Below, piece after piece: positions 56,082 through 64,000 of a DNA stretch of 64,000 nt. The position numbers and the translations under genes are program-made. Source of the DNA: Pelagomonas calceolata (lineage: Eukaryota); assembly GCA_918797485.1 (NCBI GenBank), contig CAKKNE010000005.1:3720001-3784000 (forward strand). The letters run 5' to 3'. Numbering within the stretch: position 1 is the first letter of the stretch; each line of letters opens with the position of its first letter. The notes beneath the pieces are model-generated. The model did no database searches and was not told the DNA's origin. It worked only from the letters and a program-made list of their open reading frames with translations.

Positions 56082-57677
56082 TCAGTGCGTCCACCGCACG
56101 CCCTCGCGGTCCCGGACGTACACGAACCAGCACGCCGCCGCAAAGAGCAGGTAGAACAAAACGGGCGACCGCCGCTTCTCGAGCGCCTCGACCTGCTCCC
56201 GCAACTGCCCCTCCCTCCTCAATCCGGCGACGATCGCCGCGTCGGCGGCCTCGGCGGCGGACTGCTCGAAGGCCCGCCGCGCGGCTTCGTCGACGTCGCG
56301 TTCGCGCGGCGGCAGCGCCGGCTTTTCGGTGCGCAGGGGGTCGTGCGCCTGGGGCGACTCCACTCCCAAATCGAAGGGCGCGCCTTCCGAGCCGTCCGGG
56401 ACCTGGACGGGCGACGTCCTTGGGGGCGGCAGCGGCGGCAATGCATGTCTCGGCGGAGACACGGTGGCCGCGGCGATCTTCGAGACGCCCTGGCGCACAA
56501 TATCGAGAGATGCGGGAGAAAGCATGGGCGATTCACGTGGAGGCGGCGGCGGCGTGAACGATCGGGGCGACGACTCGGGCGCCGCGTCGCGCGACGCCGA
56601 CGCGTGCGCCAACGCGGCGCGCGCCCTAGGTGTTGCTTCCACCACAGAACGCGCAGGCGAGGCCGCAGCGGCGGCCGCCGCGACGGCGGGGCTGATGTTT
56701 TTCGCGTCGGCCGTCGCCCAGGCGACTTCGACGTCCGGCGCGGCGGCTAAAGCCGCGGCGCCCACGACCGCCGCATCCTGTCTACGAGGTCCGGCCCTTA
56801 TTTGGACGGCGTCGGGGTCCGCGGCGAGCTTGCGCAGTTCATCGCCCAGTCTCTCTGGAAGCCCGTCGACGAGCGAGCCCCCGCCGCAGACGAAGACGCC
56901 GTTCAGGAGCTTGGCTCGCTTCGCGCCGTCCGCCGCGGCCACCGCCGCCGCTAATACTAATTCGTGCAGCCCGACGGCGTCGATGCCGCCGCCGTCGAAG
57001 AGCTGCTCGCCAATTCTCAAACGGTCCTCCGTGGTCAAGGAGACGCTCTGGCCGTCTTCTAACTCAACAGTCAATAGAGATAGTTGCGGCCGTCGCTCCG
57101 ACTGCACGGCGGCGGCGGTCTCCTTGACTTTTCTGGCAGCCGCAAAAAACGATTTCTTGGAAGAAAACCGCAGACCCTTCGCCGTCAGCACCTGACCGAC
57201 GCGCGCATCTAAAGCATCTCCACCGAGGCGAGCCGCCGCTCGGGCCGCATGAGGGACAGCTCTCCCATCTACCACGGGAACGGCTCTCGCCGCCGTCGCC
57301 CCGACGTCGACGGCGACGCCCGTCTCGAGGCCGGCCCCCAATAGCGCTAAAGTCGGTGCCTCGCAGACCCAGACTCGAGGGGCGATTTTCAGCGCAAACT
57401 TGCGCAGTCGCCGCGTCGTCCGCTCCGGCGCGAGGAGAGGCTTCGTGATCACCACGGCCTGGGCGTCGACCGTCGGCGCGGCGGCCGCTAGCGCGGCGAG
57501 CCAGACTTCCTCCGCGGCCGCCCAGTCCGGAGCTAAACCTCTAGAAGGCGACGACGGCGTCTGCGGCGTCTGCTCGTTGTCTCCTCTAGCGCTGGGCACA
57601 CGCACTCTCGGCGCGTCCTCGCCCGCGAGGCAGACGCGCGTCGTCGCCGCGCCCGCATCTAAGCAGTAGATGGCCAT
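56082..57677 (-). CDS. Divergent actin-related protein with C-terminal transmembrane segment, 531 aa
   Basis: LDAG..AGEDAPR, TGVAVDVG..VPVVDG, LGGD, VKE, GEQLF, GGGSLVDGLPERL; tail PVLFYLLFAAACWFVYV. Confidence 0.8.
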   Translation of the reverse strand: MAIYCLDAGAATTRVCLAGEDAPRVRVPSARGDNEQTPQTPSSPSRGLAPDWAAAEEVWLAALAAAAPTVDAQAVVITKPLLAPERTTRRLRKFALKIAPRVWVCEAPTLALLGAGLETGVAVDVGATAARAVPVVDGRAVPHAARAAARLGGDALDARVGQVLTAKGLRFSSKKSFFAAARKVKETAAAVQSERRPQLSLLTVELEDGQSVSLTTEDRLRIGEQLFDGGGIDAVGLHELVLAAAVAAADGAKRAKLLNGVFVCGGGSLVDGLPERLGDELRKLAADPDAVQIRAGPRRQDAAVVGAAALAAAPDVEVAWATADAKNISPAVAAAAAAASPARSVVEATPRARAALAHASASRDAAPESSPRSFTPPPPPRESPMLSPASLDIVRQGVSKIAAATVSPPRHALPPLPPPRTSPVQVPDGSEGAPFDLGVESPQAHDPLRTEKPALPPRERDVDEAARRAFEQSAAEAADAAIVAGLRREGQLREQVEALEKRRSPVLFYLLFAAACWFVYVRDREGVRWTH

Positions 57678-57958
57678 CCGTCCGCTTTTGTGTTGTCCGT
57701 GTCGGGGCTGCCGCCTTTTCGATCGTGTGCTTGCGCCGCGGCCGGGTCCGCGCGCACCGCAGCCGTTCGCTACCGCGCGAGACGTGTGTTCTTGATCGTT
57801 TTTGCTTGCGCGGGCTGCCTTTTGGGGCTGCCTATGGCGCAACAGCGTGGATGCCGCAGAGCGCTTTTGCTTTGCGCATGTCTAGTGCCGCGGCCGCACG
57901 CATCGCTCTGTTGCGTCGACGGCTCTGGCAGAGCTCCTCACCACGCCGTACCACAGAG

Positions 57959-57979
57959 CTAGCGGTGTGAGACACTAGC
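57959..57979 (+). promoter_or_regulatory. Bipartite CTAG promoter motif
   Basis: ctagcggtgtgagacactagc. Confidence 0.55.
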
Positions 57980-58169
57980 CAGCTCTGCCAGGGGCTGAGT
58001 TTGTAACTCGTCGCACGGCGGCAGCACAGGACTGGCAGCCACCGTTCTGGCATCGCAGCCAGCAATTCTGATCATCACACTGTGCAACCTCCAACGCTGT
58101 CGACGCGTTGAAGCATAGAGCGCACCTGTGCGCTTACTGCAGGGAGAGCGTCTGCAACCTCGCGCAGCG

Positions 58170-58808
58170 ATGCCGCGCTACCGCGGTCTACTGCTGCTCA
58201 CCCTCAGCGGTGCAACCGCGCTGCTTGCACCAGGGCACAGCACCCTCAGGCAGCCACTCACTGCGAAGGCCGCGACGGAGGGCGCGGAGATCCCGTACGA
58301 GCTCTGCTGCCAGGCGCTGCACGACGACGAAGCAGCAAGGCTCGCGGCGGGACCGGACGACATCCTGAAGGCGCGGTACAGCGCCTACGTGGAACGGAAG
58401 CCCGACTTCATCATCGACACGACGCACCCGAGCAACGAAGAATACGACGAGGACCGCGACGCGTGGCGGGCGCGGATCCTCGACTTCGCGGCCGCAGCCA
58501 AATTCCTCCAACTCGTGATCTACGACTCGATACCTGTTGATGAGGAGACGCACAGCATCACGTGGAACGCTCGGATCAAGGTCCTCGACGGGTTGGTGGA
58601 CGAGCGGTTAGTAGAAACGAAGGATTTTATTGAGAGGTCGCTGTTCGTCAAGGAGGACGGCCGGTGGCTCTACCTGAAGGGCGACCCCGACTTCGAGCCG
58701 CGGAACGTGCGCGTCGACGGGCCGCTCGACCCGAAGCCGAAGCCGCCCAAACGAAAGAGTGCGAAGAAGCCCGCGGTGTCGCGGTCGCGGGCGCCCGTCT
58801 CGCGATAG
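58170..58808 (+). CDS. YchJ/UPF0225 (SEC-C/NTF2-like) protein, probably plastid-targeted
   Basis: YELCCQALH, LKARYSAY..FIIDTTHP, ERSLFVKEDGRWLY; signal peptide. Confidence 0.85.
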   Translation: MPRYRGLLLLTLSGATALLAPGHSTLRQPLTAKAATEGAEIPYELCCQALHDDEAARLAAGPDDILKARYSAYVERKPDFIIDTTHPSNEEYDEDRDAWRARILDFAAAAKFLQLVIYDSIPVDEETHSITWNARIKVLDGLVDERLVETKDFIERSLFVKEDGRWLYLKGDPDFEPRNVRVDGPLDPKPKPPKRKSAKKPAVSRSRAPVSR

Positions 58809-58826
58809 TCAATAACTTGTGGTATA

Positions 58827-59722
58827 TTACACGCCTCCTTCCGGCTCTTCGGAAGGGGGAGCCTTCTTCATCGGCCGCAAGGGTAAAGCGGCCCTGCCGA
58901 GGTGCTGCCGCTCGTCGTCGCCACCGTAACTTCTATCAACACCAATGGGATTGTAGGACGTGATGTGGCGGTTCCGCGACGCCCGAGCGGCGACGTTGGC
59001 CGCTTGCTCTCGCAGCGAGTCCGCCGCCCGCTCGCCGTCGTCGCTATCTTCATAAACATCTCTAGATAAAAAGTACAAAGGTGCTAATGCCATCAAAGCA
59101 AGCGACATCAACACCGCCGTCGTGAATAAGAACCGACACGCCTTGTGCAGGGCCTTGTTCGGCCGTACGCGGACCTGCTCGTACCTGCGCGGAGCATCGC
59201 GGTCTCGACGCGGTCCGAATGGCCTCAAAATCAAAAAAGAAACCACCCACTTCATTGTGAGATGGACACGAGTCGCATCGATGGCGTGAAGGCGCCTCCA
59301 CACGACGGGACGCCGAGTCCGCACATGCCATCGACGATGGCCTCCTCGTAGATTTTGCGGGCGCCGAACTCCTCGAGCAACGTCGCTTCCGCGCCCCACA
59401 TGCCCGCCGCTTGCACGGCCACGAGAAAGGACACGCAACACGATCCGAAAAAATGACCGAAGCCCATAACAGAAGCTCTTCGTCGTAGGGTGAGTAGAGC
59501 GCCCCAGCCGCTCAGGAAGCAGAAGAACATGCCTGAACTGACGCCGGCGAAGCATAGCGACGAGTTGACCTTGTACAGCGTCTTCAAACCGGGCGGATGG
59601 ACGCACGGGTCCACATAACACGCGCCGCACGTCGACGCGGAGACGCACAAGAAGAGGAATCCCGTCACGCCCATGCCCAGCAGGATGGCGAAGAGCAATT
59701 GGGCGCGGCCGGCAGCGTCCAT
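58827..59722 (-). CDS. Uncharacterised 4-TM membrane protein, 251 aa; intron 59185-59324
   Basis: Two ORFs joined (..IVDGM|YEQVR..) by removing a family-B intron; 756 nt. Confidence 0.65.
59185..59324 (-). mobile_element. Family-B introner intron (140 bp)
   Basis: Colinear with 36860-37011 and 51259-51394: GTGCGGACTCGGCGTCC..CACGCCATCGA..GGGTGGTTTCTTTT..TTCGGACCGCGTCGAGACCGCGATGCTCCGCGCAG. Confidence 0.92.
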
Positions 59723-59920
59723 GGTTTTGCTGCTCGGCGGCTGGCGTGCGGCTTGCGCGAGCGGCCGAGGAAGCCTTTTTAGTGGCAAAAGGGTTACGCC
59801 CGGCTGAGGGCGCTGATTTCGCTGCGGATGCAACGGATGTGGGCCGGACGGTTCTCAAGAGGTCCGCGCGTCGCGAGTAACTACGTATAGTCCGCGTGCG
59901 GCCTTTTTGCGGCTGCGATG

Positions 59921-59943
59921 CTAGCGTCGGATGACACACTAGT
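59921..59943 (+). promoter_or_regulatory. Bipartite CTAG promoter motif
   Basis: ctagcgtcggatgacacactagt. Confidence 0.5.
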
Positions 59944-60120
59944 TTTTGCCAAGCCTGGTCTTCCCGAGACGCCTACGCCGTCTGTGTGAGACGAGAAGCC
60001 AGCGCGCGCTGTCCGAGGACCGCTCTACATACGTCCTTTCGGAAAAGCCATCGATTACTGTCCCCAGACTCTCCTGAGAGCAGCTCCGGAGCCACCCCGC
60101 CACAGCGGCTGCCAGAAACT

Positions 60121-61025
60121 ATGGCGGAGACGATCGATCTGACGAAGGAGAGCGATGACGAGGCACCGGCAGCACCGCAGCAGCAGCCGCGGCGCGCGCG
60201 CGACGACGACGAGGCGGCGTCGCTGGCACTCGCGCGGCGCTTGCAAGCTGAGGAAGACGCCGCGCCGCCGCCGCGCCGCGTCGACGAGCGCCCGGCCAAG
60301 CGTGCCCGAACGACACAGATCGAGCGCGTCCACGCCGCCGGAGGCGTGCTCGACCCGAGCATCCTGTCGCGCGTCGACGCCATCGTGCAGCAGAGCAACT
60401 GTGTAGGATGTGATGGGCGCGGCCTCGCCGCGGCGATCGCCGAGAAGCTGCCGTACGGCGACACCTACAAGGACCGCCGGCCGATGCCGCCGGCGCGCAA
60501 GTTTGCCATCCCGGAAGACCGCGCCGTGCCGGGGAGCATCGCCGTGCGCCGCGGGAGCGGGCCGGCCGTCGTGAGCCTCTTCGCCCAATTCGGTCAGTGG
60601 ATCAGCGTTGCCAGGACTTCAAATGAGATCACCCTCCACGCCATCGACGCGGCGTTGACTCACTGGTCCATTTCTACACAGAGATGGGCCCCGCGATGAA
60701 GTACCGGCGCGTGCGCCCGGAGCCGCCGGGCGGCGACACGAAGGCGAACCGGTTGCGCTGGTTCAAGGAGGGCCTCGCGAAGCTGGCGGCCGAGGGCTTC
60801 CGGCGCGTCGCCTTTCCTCACGAGATCGGGTGCGCCCTCGCGGGCGGGAGCTGGCGCGACTACGAGGCGGCGATCGCCGACTACGGCGCGGCGAACCCGG
60901 GGGTCGAGATCCTGATCGTGACCTGGGGCGGCGGCGGCGGCGGCGGCGGGAAGCGCCCGGGGTCGGGGCACTGCTTCAAGTGCGGCCAGCCGGGGCACTG
61001 GGCGAACCGCTGCCCGAACAAGTAG
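60121..61025 (+). CDS. Macrodomain protein with C-terminal CCHC zinc knuckle, 271 aa; intron 60593-60681
   Basis: DAIVQQSNC..GRGLAAAI, PGSI, LFAQF|EMG, AFPHEIGCALAGGSW; CFKCGQPGHWANRC. Confidence 0.85.
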
Positions 61026-61097
61026 ATCCCCCCGCTTGATGTAAGTGCTTGTGACTAGACTTCATATTAGGACCGGCACCGCCGTGTGCGGCACGAG

Positions 61098-62195
61098 TCA
61101 GAGACCGCCTAAAGCCGCGGCCCGCGCCTTGAGCAAGTTCTCGACGTATAATTTTTGGATGGCGGCACGCGGGAGGCCACTCTCGTCCTTGGCCTCCGTC
61201 TTACATAAATCGAAGAGGGGCAGCTGGATACACGACGACCAGGAGAACGACAGGTTCCAGGGCGCGTAACGGTCGCCACCGCGTTCCCGCTTCAGCTTGT
61301 TCAGCGCACTGAGGATGGCCGTAGCCCTATCCAAAGACAGGCCGCCGGACAGGTAGTTCACCGAGGCGACGGCCACGGGTAGGACGCGCCGCAGCACCCT
61401 GAGGTTGGCATCCGCGATTGCCTCGACGGAGGCTTGGGGCTCACAGTCTTTCCCACAATTCACCAGATTGGTCTTCAGGAGCGTGCCCGGCAGGTGCACC
61501 CCATAATCTTGCATACCACGCACTAATTCACCCAACACGCGCGCGTTCGCCTCGACTGCATCTTCCAAAGAGTGAGCCCCTTTGAGGACCAGGTCCGGCT
61601 CGACAATCGGGACTAAACCTTCCGATTGGCAGATCAGCGCGTACCTCGCGAGGTCCCTGCAATTCGTCTCGATGGCCAGCGCCGACGGCGTGCCCGCGGC
61701 CACGTCGATCGTGAGCGGAGACCGCCACTTCGCGAAGCGGCAGCCGGCCGCATAGTATTTCGCGCACCGCTCCGACAGGCCGTCGAGGCCCTGCATCGTC
61801 GTCTCGCCCGCGGTTCCAGGCAGCTTGTAGACCGTCAGCGAGGGCTTCACTCCAGGAATAAGGCCTTGCTTCGCCAATACCTCCGGGAACGGTGTGCCGT
61901 TGCTATCCTGTTGAAAGACCGTCTCCGGATCCAGAATGACGGCCGTCAGGCAGTCCGTCGCGCCGGGCGCCGTAAACAAAGTCTCGCGGTAGACGCGTCG
62001 CATCTCCTCCGTCGCCTCGATGCCGACATTTGCGAAACGCGGATTGATCGTGCGGCCCGACTCGTCGCACGCGCTGATGCCTTTGCCGGCCACAGCGATG
62101 GCTTGCACCGTGGACTCGAGTGCAGCAGCCTTGTCGGGTGCCAGCCAGTGGCGTCGCTCGTCGGCTCCTGTGCCGATGCAATGGTGTGCTGCCAT
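61098..62195 (-). CDS. Class I fructose-bisphosphate aldolase (divergent)
   Basis: GKGISACDES, FAKWR, LARYALICQSEGLVPIVEP, LLK, YLSGG. Confidence 0.9.
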   Translation of the reverse strand: MAAHHCIGTGADERRHWLAPDKAAALESTVQAIAVAGKGISACDESGRTINPRFANVGIEATEEMRRVYRETLFTAPGATDCLTAVILDPETVFQQDSNGTPFPEVLAKQGLIPGVKPSLTVYKLPGTAGETTMQGLDGLSERCAKYYAAGCRFAKWRSPLTIDVAAGTPSALAIETNCRDLARYALICQSEGLVPIVEPDLVLKGAHSLEDAVEANARVLGELVRGMQDYGVHLPGTLLKTNLVNCGKDCEPQASVEAIADANLRVLRRVLPVAVASVNYLSGGLSLDRATAILSALNKLKRERGGDRYAPWNLSFSWSSCIQLPLFDLCKTEAKDESGLPRAAIQKLYVENLLKARAAALGGL

Positions 62196-62567
62196 GTGCA
62201 AAGTTTTGTGCTGCAGCTAATGTTGCGAGCGGTACAAATGTAGAGCGGCAGCGCGTGCACGTATGCGCGAAGATTCACTACGAGTGACTTGCAGCACGTA
62301 GTACTGCACTAATCGTATTCGTATCCGTCAAAGACGTCACGCAAAAAAAATCAGTGCTAGTGTGTCATGTCTAGCTGTGTCGCACGCTTGAACTCGCACT
62401 GTGAGCCTGAGCTTGACCAGTAACCGGTTTAGACGATTTAAGAGGCATCAGAGAGGAAGGAACGACGACGAAGGCCGTGAACGCGGCTGCCCGTCGCGCC
62501 GTGCCAGCGAGCCACACCCCCCGACGCCGTCGCCGCAGAAGTAAACGGAATAAAAGACAGTTAAGAG

Positions 62568-64000
62568 CTAGGCCTCGAGCGCCTTCTTGTGCATCATCGT
62601 CTCCTTGTTGATGAGGTAGCACGTCGTCTCGACCAGCGACAGCATCTTCGAGATGTCCGAGGCCCAGTCCTGGAGCACCTCGTCGGGCGACTGGGGCTTC
62701 GCGAACACTATGATACCCTTCGGCCGGTCGATCTTCGCGTACAGGCCCGAGTCCGAGACCATGTCACTAACATGTTTTTCAGCTTCATCGACACTAAGTC
62801 CAAGTAAGTTCGCCAGCCGCGCCATGCTGAGTTGTCGATAATAGCCCGAGACGACCCTAATGTTATGTTGTATCACTCGCTCCCTCAGTGTATTTTTCCA
62901 CCGCTGATGGATTTCTGCACCGGCCGTATGAAGCGCGGGGTGCGCCTCGACGGCTCGTTGGTGCTCCTCCGTTAATGGGTAGGCTACTATTTCCTGAGTA
63001 GTGAATAACGTGAGCAAATGTTTCGCTGTCGGTAGTTTCTCCAACTTGGGAGCAGCCGTCGCGTCGGCCAGGACGCGGTGCATCATGTCCGAGACGCCAG
63101 GAGCATGTTGACTGAGAGCCAGGAACAGCGCTGTGGAACTGAGAGCGTCGCGCCACGACGCCTCGTCGTCCTGGACCGTCTTCGTATTAAATATGGCCCA
63201 GAAATTTTGCGCGAGGTCAAAAGGCGCGTCTTCGAGGACGTGGTACTCGCTCATGAGCTTGTAGAACCGCACCTTCAGGTCCTGGAGGTCGTCCTCCTCC
63301 AGAGTTTTTCTCTGCACTTTCTTCGAGAGGATGTAGGCTCGGACCCGATCGCCCTTCGCGAGCATGAGTCGCACCTGGTCCAAGATGTAGTCGACCTTTT
63401 CTCTCTTTGATAATGCGCCGTACCTGCGTTTGATGTGCGTCGTCGATGGCGTCGATGGCGACGCGATGCCTCCACGCACGCCATCGCGCGCGCGTCGACG
63501 CGACGCGTCCACGTCGTAGAAAGGACGCCGAGAACACACGTCTCCACGTTCACGTCCTGGAGAATATCAGCAGCGGAAGCCACGTCCCCCTGGCGCTCCT
63601 TGAGCGCGGACAGCATCCTCGTGAGCTTGGCGCGCTCGGCCTCACAGTACATCTTCCCGTCGGTCACGTCGCAGAGCGTCTTGAGTAATTCCTCCCTGGT
63701 GGCATCGTCGAGCTTTACGGAAGTGTCTTCGAGCTGCTCCAGGCCCTGGGCGACTATTCCCGTGATCGCTACTTTTGACTGTGATCTTCTCTTGGCGAGG
63801 AGTTGCGAGTTCGCGATCAAATGGCTCCAAGCCTGCTTCTCGCGACATAGCTTCAGAATAGCGACGCACACATTCTTCGTCGCGATGGCGTCGTTCGACA
63901 GGCGGCACTTTTTTTCGCACTGCAGCAAGGCCTCGACGACGGCGGGGTCGTCTAAATTACTGGAGACTTCTAAGGCTTGCCTGGCCTTGGCGATCTCCTC
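62568..64000 (-). CDS. PSMD12: 26S proteasome lid subunit RPN5/PSMD12; 5' end outside window; intron 63424-63539
   Basis: EKKCRL, KRRSQSK, VTDGKMYCEAERA.LT, VET|YGA, HNIRVVSGYY, AKIDRPKGI, LINKE. Confidence 0.95.

Noticed and set aside
55926..56084. TGA-CGG followed by 51 open codons after the ARP stop (readthrough or selenocysteine)
   Set aside because: Such open stretches are common at this GC content; no Sec-type motif or SECIS recognised.
306..63920. Many long antisense or alternate-frame ORFs in the ORF track (e.g. 306-950 +, 5984-7150 +, 40092-40949 +)
   Set aside because: Arg/Ala/Ser-rich shadows of real genes caused by high GC; no recognisable motifs.

Overview
GC-rich, very gene-dense eukaryotic DNA, most likely a pelagophyte stramenopile (Pelagomonas/Aureococcus-like; inferred from intron elements and gene content). 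By manual splicing I recover 28 protein-coding genes; every complete spliced CDS has a length divisible by 3. Genes lie almost strictly in head-to-head/tail-to-tail pairs and include a 4159-aa DNAH1-like axonemal dynein split by 37 introns. The dominant signal is about 59 short spliceosomal introns, most of them related, that behave as mobile elements (introners). One near-pristine copy (3800-4002) has 15-bp terminal inverted repeats (TIRs) and a perfect 8-bp target-site duplication (TSD) that supplies the GT donor. Six more copies keep 7/8 TSDs. A larger set appears to carry its own donor region, lacks the 8-bp TSD, often uses GC donors (13/59 overall), and includes mosaic and long fold-back forms. 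A bipartite CTAGCG-N-ACACTAG motif marks most promoter regions. Unusual proteins include a triple glycosyltransferase, MLO plus EF-hands, a tail-anchored actin-like protein, HADH with an IF1-like segment, and SAM-RING-LOTUS-PAM2. No transposase, RNA gene or CRISPR array was recognised. All splice calls are by eye, without transcript evidence.
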